Under the pieces are notes generated by a model. The model searched no databases and was not told the DNA's origin. It saw only the letters and a program-made list of their open reading frames with translations. The position numbers and the translations under genes are program-made. DNA of 64,000 nt, taken from NCBI GenBank assembly GCA_051294375.1, contig CM119267.1:25183783-25247782 (forward strand), read 5' to 3'. Origin of the DNA: Paraspadella gotoi. Taxonomy: Eukaryota > Animalia > Chaetognatha. This document shows, in pieces, positions 12,080 through 27,000 of the stretch (the stretch's first letter is position 1; the number at the start of each line of letters is the position of its first letter).

Positions 12080-15000
12080 TTAGTCAACAACAATTTTTTT
12101 AAAATTCTGCACCAAAGAATCAACGGAACCATCATTCGGTTTCGATCCACACTCTTTGTTGGTCCGTTCATCTTCTTCCGTCCTAACGTTAACCTCTTCT
12201 TTCTTCCAATCAACGTCCTCTGTCTTTTCGCCAACTTTCCTACAATTCTCATCGACTTCCTTCGAAAAATGAGAATCATCGTCCGAATCAAAATCCGAAG
12301 AACTTGAAGTGTTGTCGTCGTCGTCATCATCTTCCAAATCCCCAGCTTCCCCCTCCCTCCGCGCCAACTCTGCCGCCGCCTCCAGCTCCACCAATTCAAG
12401 TTGGACGGCGGCCTTGTGGAGCGAGAGGAGTCGCCTCTCTACCTCGTCCGCGAGCTGGTTGACCCTCTCGGCCTTGACCCTTTGAGCGAAATAGATCATG
12501 TCCACGACGAAAAGGTCGTTCAAGATCCAACGCGGATCCGCGCTCAAGAAGTTGCGGTAAACCTAAGAACAATCGATGGAATCACTTGCCACTTAGAGCC
12601 AATATTTTAGCGTTTTAAATTTAAACGGTGAACAAATTTGTAATACAACCTGAAGTCAATGTCACATTTAATAATTGTCTTATGCCGACTAACCTCGACG
12701 AGAAGCTGGACGAGGGCGACTCGGCCGCGTCGCAGGAGATCGACGACGTCGCGGACGCATTGGACAGAGAGGTCCCATCTCCGGTAGAGCGGATAGATGA
12801 GGGACCTTCGGGGAAAAGAGAAAAGGGAGCAATGGGGGAAAATGAAAAAGCTACGGTTTGAAAATAAATATATGCGCCGAAATTGTCTGTTCAATCTTAA
12901 ATATTCCTTTCTCCCCCCAAACCATTTTACCTTCGAACGAACGAAAAGAGAACCTCTTCGACCGAGGAAAACTCGATGAACCAGGAGAGGGCGGCGCTGA
13001 TCTTGTTGACGGTCCAACCCGACTCCGAGGTGGGGTCGTCGGCCGTGGTGCGGACGTCGTAGCACGCCGCAAGGAGGACATCTAGTATAGACAACAGAGC
13101 CGTCCGTTTCTGAGCGGCGTCGAGAAGAAACTCGCGGCGTCGGAGATTTTTCAAAAGGATTTTGTCATCTTCGGAAAATTTGGAGAATGGGACGTCGTCG
13201 TCTTTCTTATACCTCCGGCCCCACTTGCTCGATGTCGTCGTCAACGCCTCTGCCTCCTCGCAATCGAAGAGATCGGCGAGATAATGGTCGGCGGAAAAGT
13301 CAGTGTCTTCACGCAAACGTCTGAGACGGCGCCGTTCCCCCAACCAAGTGGAATCCGGCTTCGAAAGATCGAGTATCTCGTGACGCTCCTCGCTCAGTTT
13401 GGTGGCGAAAAGACCAGAGGCTTTGCCGGCGAAACCATAGGTGGGGGCGGCGAGGGGAAGGGGATCGTCATCTTCGGATTGGAGGCGTTGATCCCAAAGC
13501 CATTCGTCGTCGTCGTCAACGTCGTCGTCTACCTCGTTTTCATCCAAAACTTGAATGAAAGGAATCGCGTCTTTTGTTTTCTTTTTCGTCGACAAAAGAT
13601 TCGAAATCAATTCGAGACCCTCGAAGTGTTCGCCTAAAAAAGACGAGGCATAATTCTATTTTCGCCGACTGGAGTTAGGGGGGGTTTAAGTTTAAGGGTA
13701 ATTTAAGGGGGAATTAATGGTTAGAGGTAATTAGGGTTGAAGGGGGTTTAAGGTTAAGGTAATTAAGTAATAATTGTAATTATTTTTTTAAAAAATATTT
13801 ATTCAACAAGAACGGTAAGACACGATGAAAATTAGCGTGGCTTAGTGTATGCACTATGCAGCCATAAAATAAAAATCGATGATTGAAATCGTCATTTCTG
13901 AATGGGTTACATAAAACATCCCTCATATTTTGTTGATAAATTATTTGGTTTAGAATACTGAATTATATAAAAATATCCGAAAAAATTGATTACTTCCCAG
14001 TTCCCTCTTTCCATACATTTATTTGTTCATCCATCTATCAGTTACTTTGACCTGTCATAACACTTGAGTGAATCGATGGATTGACCTGAAATTTTGTGTG
14101 CCAGAAAAGTAGTTGATTGAGCTTAATCTTAAGTTTGGATAAAATTATGCTGGTAGAAATTAATTTAAATAAAAAACAAAAAATAATTTGAACCATTTAA
14201 TTTTTTTTATTTCAAAAAGTAAAAATATGTTACAACAACAAAAATAATAATAGTTATTACCATAACAACCATAACAACAACATCGATTCTTTCTCTCTCT
14301 CTCTCTCTATCCCACTCTATTTTTTTATTTTTCTCTCACTCAATCAATTATTCTTTTTTCCCTTTGATCTCTCATTCTTTACTTACCTTTTCTCCGAGCT
14401 CCTTACTTTTTCTACTTTTACCATTCTAATTCATCTCTTCTATCTTCATACCTTCATGTGAGCTTTGTTTTATTCATAAAAGTTTAAACATTAACTGAAA
14501 CAAAAAATATATATATATTTTTTTTAATTAAGGAAAAGGATTTCCTGAAGGCAGCGCAAGCAGTCACTTAAAAATGAATAACCAATTATAAGCAAATAAA
14601 CGTATGTGGGACAGACCGACGGACAGCCATACCGACCGAAAAATAAAATGATACCCAAGTCGATTTCACATTCGCCATATACGCAAACGAATTATTGAGC
14701 CACGCCCACCGAATAAACGCACCTTCCGTCTCCTTGGCAACAACGACGACGAAGTGTCCTTCGTCAAAATCATATTTGGCCTCGATCTTCTCCCTCTCCT
14801 CGTCGGCGAGTGGACGCGGGAGTCGAAGGCGAAGAAAGTAAGGTTTGGAGAAAAATCGAAAATCTTTACCGTCGACGAAGACCTGTCACAACGAAAACGT
14901 AAGACTATCTAGAATCGTTAAATATCCAACGATCTTCATAGATAATTATTTTTAAGAAAAAAACATTTTAGTTAAAATGATCTTTTAAATAACCTCGTTA

Positions 15001-18000
15001 TACTTTTTCTGTTGTTTATTTTAATTTTTATCTTTGAAAATGAAGTGGCTGCAATGTCTGGCGATTTTTTATATCGTTACTGTCGCCCGAACAGGTCGGT
15101 AACAAAAACTAAATTAGGATACATTATTTAATACATTCCAGGACAAAAAAAAACGTAACTTTTGCGATTTTCTCTCGAAACGAATTATGCGACGATTCAA
15201 GGAGTCAATAAACTTGCCATGTTATATGAAATAATATTAATATTAAGGGCGTTTGATAACGAAAAAAAAAGTTTGTATTAATCAAATCACAAACCAAATT
15301 TATAAAATATTTTTTTAAGTTTTTGTCCAATTACGATTTCTAAAACCCACCAGCTAAACAATGCACCACGAAGACTGAATGCGAACGAATTGGATCTCCT
15401 GAATCCGTTTGCTGCGAAAAAGTTGAAAGTAACTATAAACAGGAGTTGCACTTGCAGTAGCCTTTTCAGATTTTTTTTAAATCAACATTTTTTATTTTTA
15501 GTCGGATCTGCTTTCAGCAGATTCCGACTCTATAATTCACTTTAGTCCGTCGGTCCGCCCCCTTGTCGGGCATTCACTTATATCAGGCAGTGATTTTGAT
15601 TTGGGTATTTTCAACAATGAAATTGAAACATAAATAACTATTATTTCTTTTTTTCCCACTGATAAATATGAAACACTCTTTATTTAAAAAAACGGTTGGC
15701 TATAGTTATCTTCTCCTTATGACATAGAACTCACTGGGTGAATTTCTATGCTTTCAAAATACGGTAAGACATGATTTCTTTTACAACAATCATTTTAATA
15801 ACGGTATCTGCCATAATTAAGATGAAACTAAAACGATTTTTCATGGTAAGGGCATGCTCGTCAGATCTATCGCGTTTTTTAGATATACTACTGCTTAGGC
15901 AAAACAACGGGACGCTATATTTTAAAACTTTTTTCCTTTTTTTTCCGCTATTTTTTTCTCTCTTGAACCTTCTCTCTGTCTCTCTCTTTTTCTCTCTATC
16001 TTTCTTTCCCTTTCTCCTACTTTTCTGTCCTCATATTTCTCTGTGTCATCCCTTATTTTCTTCCTTAACCTTTATTTCCCTTCCTCTCAATCTCTGTTTT
16101 TCTCTCCCTCTCTGATTCTCTTTCTTCCCTGTTTCTTATCTTTTTTCTCTCAATTGTTCTCGTTTTCCCCCCTCTCCTCATATATTAATTTCTTTCTACT
16201 CTTTCTCCCTCTCCCTTCAATTTTTTTTACCCATTCTCTCTCTTCTCTCATCTTTTTCTCATTCTCACTCATTTTTTGCATTCATATCATACTGGATGTA
16301 TAAAAATCTTTAAAATGTAATGTAAGAAAAAAAATCTAGGGTAGCGAATGATTTTAGCGGAAGTTGGGTTGCCAAGCAGATTTAAAAAATCGACACATTT
16401 TTGCTGAAATTGTTTCCGCAAAAACCTGTCGATTGAGAGAAATTTGCTGACGCTTCCCCTTTCAATAAAAGAAGGCGGTTTTTTTTTAATTGGTCAACTT
16501 CAGTATGTTTCTCATCTATTAAAACTATAAAATAAGTCAAAAACCGAGTTTTAGTTCAAAAATAAAAAATAGGCTTAAAAATTTTTTTGCAGCTAAAGTA
16601 TTAAATATTTTTCCCTAATTTTTTAGGTACCAGAAGCACCAATAATAGGGAATATTTAATTAGAATTGTGGACATTTTGAAGTATTTTCGTTTAACAAAT
16701 TGTAATAAAATGTAAAAATTTAAGTTTTTGACTAGTCAATTTAAAAAGTAATTCATAGGCAAACAATAGATGATTAACATCAAATGAACCAACTCAGAGG
16801 TAAAGAAGATAAGAAGAACCCGAAAGCCGGAGTAAAAAATTTTTTTCAATGATCTTGGCATTCAAATCTCAAGACAAAAGTCAAAATGGACAAAAATGGA
16901 CATAATTTTTTTTATTAAAAGTAGCAAAACTGATATTGATTATTAATTAGAAAATGATGCAGAGGATTTCAATTAATCCGTAGTCTAGCTAACTTTGTCT
17001 TAGAGTTAAAATTTAATCATTTTTGTTGGTAATATTCTAACAATATTGAAAAAAGTAGTTTTTTTGCTAAATTCCTGATAGAAATCACTGCCATCATGTC
17101 AGAACATCGAATTATGATAAATTATGCAAAAAAAAATATGTCCGTCCTTCGGTCCGTCCGTTCCACCTTAGCAAAAAACACCAATTACTCGTGAATTGGA
17201 TGGATGGGGCGATTGACTTGAAATTTTGTATTTGGGTAGAAAATTGTGTGATTAAACTAAAAATCAAGTTTCGATGGAATCGTTTGAGTGGAATATCTTA
17301 AAAGGCAAAAATGTTGAAAAAAGGGAGAGGAATTTTGGTTGTTTTTGGTCGATTTCTTCTAAACCCATGGGCCAATTTAGACGTAACTTAAGATTTACAT
17401 TATTCCAGTCATTCTCAATCCAAAAATATAAAAACATTATGAAAAAAGGTTTGGGATCTAGTTTAGGAATTTGGTTCTATATAAATTACTAATACATTAA
17501 AAATCGAAGTACATCTTTAGTACATGTTTTTGCCGAACTCACTTGTCTTTTGGGCTAAAAATAAATTTTGATGTTCGGATAAAATATTTGAGTTAATTTA
17601 ATAAAATATTAAGGTTGTAGTGATTTTTTCCTGATGTTAATATATTATTTTCCTGCATTCTCGTTACTTTACCTTTTCAGAGAATTCTTTAACGTGTGAC
17701 AAATAGTCAAATATATAATTATATTGAAGTTTAATTTTTCTGATAAATAGCTTTAAAAGAACCCTAACCTTGTATTAATGAGTCGCTCTGAACATAATTT
17801 GCGATTAAGATTACTTAATATAAGGAAAATGGTAGAAGCCAGCAACGAAAGTGATACTGATAGTAAAGATGTAAAAAATAGGTTTAGGGTTATTATTTAT
17901 CATTAAATTATATATTAAGCTTTGTAAAAATGATAGATCTTATATGATTTAAATTTTTTCTTCAACAATTTAATGTTTCATATTAAAAAAATAAGTAATT

Positions 18001-21000
18001 TTAAAAAAACCTACTTTTTTAGCTGGTTTTTTTTGGGTGGGTTTTTTAATGCCAACCCTGCTCCTAACTACTCCTAACCCTAACCACCCTTAACCCAAAC
18101 AATACCTAACAATAAATAACAGATTGGTTCGGTTCCAGTCGGTGAAACAAAGTAAAATTATGCCATTTATTTAATTTAAGCGAGTGGAGGCCAAGATGTC
18201 TGTGCTCCCAACTGCAAAGCTTGCAAAGATGCGAAAGGGACATGTCCCGGCGAGGGTGGGGCTGGCTCGATGACAAAAAAGGGGGTCCCCGCATTCCTCA
18301 TCGTCGCCGTCGTGGTCTTCGCAACCAAGTTTGCGAACTGAAACTATTTTAACATACAATGTTATGAATTTTTTCATTCCACTTTTGTTATTTTCCATCA
18401 GTAGGACACAAACTTTTTGAAGATCGTTGTAATTAATGAATAACTATTTTATTAAAATTTTAGTTGCTTTATTCTATTAAAACATTTTTTCGTACAGAGA
18501 TCAATCATCATGTCATTCTTGTCGTTTTAAATTTTAAAAAATCTTAAAGCATAAGGATCGTCGCAATTGCATAAGAAAAATCTGGATTGACAAATTTTGA
18601 TATTAAAAAATCAAATTTGAGAAAAGAAAATTAATTTATAAACAGAAAGAAAAAGGAAAGAATAAATATAAAGAAAGAATAGAAAGGAAAGAAAGAATAG
18701 AAAGGAAAGAAAGAATAAAAAGGAAAGAAAGAATAGAAAGGAAAGAAAGAATAGAAAGGAAAGAATGAAAAATAAAAATAAAGAGAGAGTGACAAGAAGA
18801 AAGAACAAAAAAAAAAAAACAATGTTGCGATAGCAAAATGATAACATGCACAAATGCGATGCCTAATTTTACGAGTTCAATCCTAATTGGGACTAAGCTC
18901 TGACAAAAAAAGCCAGAGGTTTTTTTAAATATATTCTTTTACCGGCCAATGTAGAAAGATGGCAATATTGCTATTGATAAGTTTAAAAAAAATCCGACCA
19001 TAAATATAGAAAATATTAACCAAAATCTTCGGAAAATCCACTCCTTCTTTGAAAGATTTTCTCCATAGAAGATTTTTTCCGAATCTGACTCCCGGTTGAA
19101 AACTCTTAGAATTCCGATCATAAGCTCCTCTTTTACTTTTACTTTAAATAAAAATTTTACCAAAATGGACTAATTCACTTTACCATGATCGTTTCATATT
19201 AAAAAACTAAATAAAATATAAAGAAGAGCCCTTCAGACATATGGCTATCGGATTTCTGAATTCGAAGTTTATTGTAAAATCACAACATGCCTTAAATGCG
19301 TTTATATTGTATTGAAGTTGAGAAATCCCTTTATTTTATATAGAAAAAATTGAGATGAAAATGTTTTCCTGAGCGGACCACGCCGGACCAGTCCATTTAA
19401 ATCTGATGGTTTGATGTCAAAATGATGCTTAATCATGAAGAGTAAAAAAATGTGAGCCCTTCAGATGCAACAGGATCTGAATCGAGTCTTTTTACATCAA
19501 TTTTTTATCGGAAATTTTCCCAGGACCGTTTATATTGTTTTGTAATCAGATTTGAACGAAAATCTCCATTGAAAAAATCTTCCTCGATCTCTAAAACGAC
19601 GTCGACACCTATCCTAATTCAATTTTTTTTTTAATAAAAACGCAGAGAGAGAGAGAGAGAGAGAAGGCAAATCGTTTTTGGACGAATCAGCAGCGACAGC
19701 AGCAGAGGCAGCAGGACAAAAGAGAGAAAAAGAAAAACCCTCTGCAGACTTTTTTTTCGATGAATCAGCCTGGCAAAAAGAGAGAGAGAGAGAGCTACAT
19801 ATAATTAAAAGAGAAAAGAGAGAAGGAGACATAAAAATAATAAAGGAAATTTGTTTTTGATAAAATGTAAACAAAACATATTTAATAACTGTCCTCACCC
19901 AATTTCAAGGACCTCGATGATGAGAAGCTGTATATAAATTTTCAGCTTCATACACCCAAATTTAATCATGAAAAAGGCGATCGATAAGTTGGAACGTTGA
20001 CGACGACAACGACGACGCCACTTATGTGCAAAACCACAGCAAAATCGTCGCAAACGCAAAGCGATTGCAACGATAAAAAAAGAAAAACGTTCTGACAAAT
20101 TTAAAAATTTATAGAGGAATCTATCTTACAATTGGGCCTCACTTTTTCTCTTTCTTTCTCTCACTTATACACGCATGTTTGTTTTATTTACGATGAATGA
20201 TTCATCGCGTCAATGAATGACTATCATCTCGCATCAATGAATGACTATCATCACATCAATCTTTAATTCTGAATGGAATTATGATTCTTATCGAAACCCC
20301 CCCACATTAGCCTTTTGTCTCCCCCAAAGGCGAGACACCGCGCTGTGACCAGACATGAAAAACAGAAAACAAAAGACAAACGAAAAAAACTCCGGCCTCA
20401 GCGCTGCCGCAGGGCCCCGTCCCGACGCTGCGACGTCTCTGTCGAAGTGCTGCTGCGCCGGGGAAGCGTCACTTATTTTTTCGCGCGTCTGTGATCAGTC
20501 CTTTTTTCGATATTAACATCGTTTTGATCGAAATTTTTACTTTCGCTTGCTCGTCTTTATCTTATCACTTTGATGTTTGCAAGATTTCGCGCGATTTCTC
20601 CGAGTTCGCGCAGTTTAATTTCGCCATTTATCATCGGCTTCGTTTGAGGGACCTGAGATGCATGTGGGCGCGACTCTGCGTCGCAAGACGCCTCGCGCCC
20701 GGGTTACGGTGTTTTCTCTCCACCCCCTCCTCCGCCTAAGGCGCTGTCTCCCGTTACCTCGGGTACGGCGCCTCGGGCCGCGCGCGTTCTGACAAATTAA
20801 AAATTTATGGAGGAATCTATCTTAAAGTTGAACCTCTCTTTTCTTTCTCTCACTTATACACGCATGTTTGTTTTATTTATGATGAATGATTCATCGCGTC
20901 AATGAATGACTATCATCATCAATTATTGGTTATCATCATCATTTTTTGTCTTTTTTTTTATTTCTTGATTTCCTCCTCCTCTTCTTCTTTCTTCCGTCTC

Positions 21001-24000
21001 AACTTCACAATTCACAATTCACCTTTTCTTCGGTGTCTCTCTCTCTCTCTCTTTCTCAAACACGCATTTGTTTGTTTTATTGATGATGAATGAGTCATCA
21101 AGTCAATGAATGACTATCATCGCATCAATCATTCATTTTTAACGTCGCAATCCTTAGCGTTTGCGACGATATTGTAACGCTTTTGCCCATAAGTGGCGTC
21201 GTCGTCGGCGTTCCAAATTATAGATCGCTTTTTTATGATTAAATTTGGGTGTATGAAGCTGAAAATTTATATACAGATTCTTATCATCGACGTGCTTAAA
21301 ATTGAGTCTGGACAGTTATTAAATGTTTTTGTTTATGTTTTATCAAAACAAATTTTCTCTTTTATTTTTAATATTTCTTTCTCTCTCTCTTTTCTTTTTT
21401 AATTACATGTCTCTCTCCCTCTCTCTTTTCCCTAGTCACTGATTCATAATCATACGATGATGATTATTAATCATAGGGGAAAAAAACGAGTCTGCAGCTG
21501 GCTCTGCAGTTGCTTATTCTCTTTTTCTCTTTTCTCATGCTGCTTTTTACTGCTGCCTTTTGAGTCTGCAGATGGCTCTGCAGGGGCTCTTTCTTTTTCT
21601 CTTTTCTCCTGCTGCCTTTTGATTTCTTTCTTTTTTTCTGGGTGCTTCTGCTGCTGAAAATGATTTGGCTTTCTTCTCTCTCTCTTTCTAATTAACTTTT
21701 TCCCTTTAAAAACTTTTATTATCGCCATTTATTCCCAAAATTTACATCCTAGATTTTTGTACATTTTTTTCCTAAATATCAATTAGAATAATATTTTTTT
21801 TAAATATATATTTACTTTATTATTCTATTTTACTTCATTTTACTTCACTTTAGTCTTTACTTCACTTCGTCAGTCTGATTCAAGTTTCACTGTATCTTTG
21901 GTCTGGGAATGCTAACAGTGTTTTGAGAGGTCACATTTGATCAAACTGCTTGCTTATGCGGGTTAAAAGTAAAACAAAAGTATCTTCAATAATGTCTCTC
22001 CAAACTTAGCACTTGCTAAAAATTAAACTCGAAAATAAGTTATTTTATTGTTTTATATTTATTATTCTTTTTTTTTTCTTTCTGTTTATAAATTTTTTTC
22101 CCTCAAATTTAATTTTTTTAGTATCAAAATTTATATAATAATATCAAAATCAAAATCCAGATTTTTCTTATGCGATTGCGACGATCCTTATGCTTTTAAG
22201 ATTTTTTTCCCCTGATTTTTTCATTAATTTTCTTTGAGAGTAACGTCCGGCGAGATCTCTTAGGACTAAGCTCTGACGAAAAAAGTCAGAGGTTTNNNNN
22301 NNNNNNNNNNNNNNNNNNNNTAGAAAATCCACTGCCATTTCATGTTCTCCCAGGGAAACATCGAATTATGATTAAATTATGCAAAAAAAAAAATGATGTC
22401 GTTCCTTCGGGTCCGTCCGTTCTTCCACTTAGCAAAAAAACAACCAATTAACTCGTTGATTGGATGGGACTGATTGGAATGTTGATTGAATTTTGTAATA
22501 TTTGGGTAGAAAATTATTGTGTGATAAACTGGAAATTCAAGTTTTTCGATGGAATCGTATTGAGTCCTCTGGAATATCTCTTTAAAAAGGGCAAAAATGT
22601 TGCAAAAAGGTGAGAAGGAAATTTTTGGTTGTTTTTGGTTTTTCGAATTTCTTTCTAAAACCAATGTCTCAATTTAGACGTGATTAAGATTTACATTATT
22701 TCCGTCATTCCGTTCATCCAAAAAGTATAAAAAAAACTTAGTGAAAAAGGTTTTCGGGGTCTAGTTAGGAATTGGTTCTATTATAAATTACTAATACATT
22801 AAAAAATCGAAGAGTTACACATCTTTAGTAACATGTTTTTTGCGACTGTCACTTGTCTTGTGGGCTAAAAATTAAATGTTTGATGTTCGGATAAAATATT
22901 TGAGTTTAATTTGAATAAATATTAGGTTGTAGTTGATTTTTTTCGCTGATTTGAATTATATTGATTTCTGTCCTCTTTCGTATTTACCTTTTTCAGAGAA
23001 TTCTTTAAACTGTGTGACAAATTAGTCAAATAAATATAATTATATTTGAAGTTTTAATTTATCTGATAAATGCTTTAAAGAACCCTAACTTGTATTAATG
23101 AGGTCGACTCTGAAACATTGACATGTTGCACGAGTTGATAGTGATTATTAAAGTAGGAAAAATGGTTTAGAAGGAGCCAGCAAGCACAGAAGTATCTGAT
23201 AGTAAAGATTGTAAAAAAATTAGGTTTAGGGTTTATTATTTCATTTATGCAATTTAAATTATATATTTAAGCTTTGTTAAAAATGAATAGTCTTATAGGA
23301 TAAATTTTCTTCAACAATTTAATGTTTCATATTAAAAAAAATAAGTAATTTTAAAAAAACTACTTTTTTAGCTGGTTTTTTCTTTGGGTGGTTTTAATGC
23401 CCAACCCCTGTCCTACTACTCCTAACCCTAACCACCCTTAACCCAAACAAACCTAACAATAAATACAGATTGGTTCTGGTTTCCAGTCGGTGAAACAAAG
23501 TCAAAAATTATGCCATTTAATTTAATTTAAGCACGTGAGAAGGTCAAGATGTCTGTGTCCCAAACTGCAAGCTTGCAAAGATTGCGAAGGGACATGTCCC
23601 GGCGAGGAAGTGGGGGCTGGGCTCGATGACAAAAAAGAGTGGGTTCCCCGCATTCCTCTCGTCGCGTCCGTGGTCTTTCGCAAACCAAGGTTTGCGAACT
23701 GGAAACTAGTTTAGAAGTACATACCATTTAACATGTTATAGATTTTTTTCATTCCACTTTTGTTATTTCTCCATCAGTAGGACACAAACTGCTTAAAAGA
23801 TCGTTGTAACTAATGAAATAACTATTTTATTAAAAATTTAGTTGCTATATTTCTATTAAAAACATTTTTTTCGTTAAGAGATGCAATCATCATTGTCATT
23901 CTTTGTCGTTTTAAATTTTAAAAAATCTTTTTCTAAAGCATAAGGTTCGTCGCGAGCATAATGCATAAAAATCATGGAAATTGACAATTTGATATTAAAA

Positions 24001-27000
24001 ATCAAATCAGTGAGAAAAGAAAATTAATTTATAAACAGAAAGAAAAAGGAAGAATAAAATATAAAGAAAAGAATAGAAAGGAAAGAAAGAATAGAAAGAA
24101 AGAAAGAATAAAAGGAAGAAGAATAGAAAGGAAAGAAAGAAGAAAGGAAAGAATAGAAAAATAAAATAAAGAAGAGTGAACAAGAAGAAAGAACAAAAAA
24201 AAAACAACTGTTGCGATAGCAAATGATAACATGACACAAATGCGATGCCTAATTCTACGAGTTCAATCCTAATTGGGACTAAGCTCTGACAAAAAAAAAA
24301 GCCAGAGTTTTTTTAAATAATTCTTTTACCGGCCAATGTAGAAAGATGGCAATATTGCTATTTGATTAAGTTTAAAAAAAATCCGACCATAAATATAGAA
24401 AATATTTAACCAAAATCTCGGAAAATCCCCTCCTTCTTTGAAAGATTTTCTCCATAGAAGATTTTTTCCGGAATCTGACTCCCGGTTGAAAACTCTTAGA
24501 ATTCCGATCATAAGCTCCTCTTTTACTTTACTTTTTAAATAAATAAATTTTCACCAAAATGGACTAATTCACTTTACCATGATCGTTTCATATTAAAAAA
24601 CTAATAAAATATAAAGAAGAGCCCTTCAGACATATGGCTATCGGATTTCTTGAATTCGAATTTATTGAAAACAAACATCCGTAATGCGTTATTATTTGTA
24701 TTGAAGTTGAGAAATCCCTTTATTTTATATAGAAAAATTGAGATGAAAATGTTTTCCTGAGCGGGACCACGCCGGACCAGTCCATTTTAAATCTGATGGT
24801 TTGATGTCAAAAATGATGCTTAACATGAAGAGTAAAAAAATGTGAGCCCTTCAGATGCAACAGGATCTGAATCGAAGTCTTTTTACATCAATTTTTTATC
24901 GGAAAATTTTCCCAGGACCGTTTTATATGTTTTGTAATCAGATTTGAACGAAAATCTCCATTTGAAAAAATCTTCCTCGATCTTAAAACGACGGTCGACA
25001 CCTATCCTAATTTCAATTTTTTTTTTATTTTATAAAAACGCAGAGAGAGAGAGAGAGAGAGAAGGCAAATCGTTTTTTGGACGAATCAGCGCGACAGCAG
25101 CAGGAGGCAGCAGGACAAAAGAGAGAAAAGAAAAACCCTCTGCAGACTTTTTTTTCGATGAATCAGCCTGGCAAAAAAGAGAGAGAGAGAGAGCTACATA
25201 TAATTAAAAGAGAAAAGAGAGAAGGAGACAATAAAAAAAATTAAGAGGAAATTGTTTATTGAAAAATGTAACAAAACATATTTAAACTGATATCCTCACG
25301 GCCAATTTCAGGACCTCGATAGATAAGGAGCTGTTATATAAATTTTCAGCTTCATACACCCAAATTTAATCATGAAAAGAAGGCGATCGATAAGTTTGGA
25401 ACGTGACGACGACAACGAACGACGCCACTTATGTGCAAAACCACAGCAAAATCGTCGCAAACGCAAAGCGATGGAAACGATAAAAAAAGAAAAACGTTCT
25501 GACAAATTTAAAAAATTTATGGAGGAACTATCTTACAATTGGGCTCCACTTTTTCTCTTTCTTTCTCTCACTTTAATACACGCATGTTTTGTTTTATTTA
25601 CGATCGGAATGATTCATCGCGTCATGAATGACATTCATCGCAATCAATGAATGACTATACATCTCACATCATCTTTAATTCTGAATGGAATTATGATTCT
25701 TATCGAACCCCCCCCCACATTAAGCCTTTTGTCTCCCCCAAAAGGCGAGACACCCGCGCTGTGACCAGACATGAAAAAACAGAAAACAAAGACAAACGAA
25801 AAAAAACTTCCCGGCCTTCAGCGGCTGCCGCAGGGCCCCGTCCCGACGTGCGACGTCTCTGTCGAAAGGTAGACTGCTGCGAGCCGGGAAGCGGTCACTT
25901 ATTTTTTTCGCGCTCTGTGATCCAGACTCATTTTTCGATAATAAACATCCAGTTTTTGATCGAAATTTTTACTTTCGCATTGCTGCCGTCTTTATCTTAA
26001 ATCACTTTGATGTTTGCAAGATTTCGCGCGAATTTCTCGAGTTCTGCGGCAAGTTTAAGATTTCGCCATTTATCATCGGCTTCGTTTGAGGGACCGCTGT
26101 AGTGATGTGGCGCGACCTGCGTCGCAAGACGCCTCGCGCCCCGGTTCACGGATGTTTTCTCTCCACCCCCTGCCTCCGCCTAAGGCCGCTGTCTTCCCGT
26201 TACCGTCGGGTACGGCGACTCGGGCCGCGCGCGTTCTGACAAATTTAAAAATTTTATGGAGGAATCTATTTTACAAGTTGAACCTCTCTTTTTCTTTCTC
26301 TCACTTAATCACGCAGTTTTGTTTATTTTATGATGAATGATTCCATCGCGTAACATGAATGACTATCATCCTCAATTATTTAGGTTATCATCGAGATGCA
26401 GTTTTTTGTCTTTTTTTTTATTCTTGAGTTCTCCTCCTCTTCTTCTTCTTCCGTACTCAACTTCACAATTCGCACATCTTCAACACTTTTCTTCGTGTCT
26501 CTCTCTCTCTCTCTTTCTTCTCAAACACGCAAATTGTTTGTTTTATTGATGAGGAATGAGTCATCAAGTCAATGAATGACTATTTCATCGCATCAATCAT
26601 TCATTTTTAACTCGGTCGAATCCTTAGGCGTTTGCGACGATATATCTGTAACCGTTTTGCCCATACAAGTGCGTCGTCGTCGGCTGTTCCCGAAATTAAA
26701 GATCGCCTTTTTTATGTAGATTAAATTTGGGTGTATGAAAGCTGAAAATTTATATACAGGATTCTATATCAGTCGGACGTTGCTTTAAAATTGAGTCTGG
26801 CAGTTATTTAAATGTTTTTGTTTATGTTTTATCAAAACCAAATTTCTCTCTGTATTTTTATAATTTCTTTTCTCTCTCTTTTTCTGTTTTTAATTACATG
26901 TCTCTCGCTCCCTCTCTCTTTTTTCCCCTAGGCACTTGATCTCATAATCATAACGATGATGATTATTATCCATAGGGAGAAAAAAGGTCTGGCAGCTGGC

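Larger units (their letters stand above)
18536..20079 (-). mobile_element. DINE-1/Helentron-like non-autonomous element, interrupted by the TAGG element
   Basis: Subterminal inverted repeats ATCGTCGCAAT(C/T)GC and GCGATTGC(G/A)ACGAT, partial IR next to one subTIR, short terminal hairpin, internal microsatellites, T/A-run flanks, no TSD. Confidence 0.6.

Noticed and set aside
13674-13775. TTAGGG/CCCTAA-like tracts (also 18062-18110 and 63369-63395) as interstitial telomeres
   Set aside because: Short and degenerate; more likely repeat-associated simple sequence
15771-16303. Hydrophobic Phe/Leu/Ser ORFs (also 18611-18853 and 24007-24239) as membrane proteins
   Set aside because: Translations of CT/GA-rich low-complexity DNA
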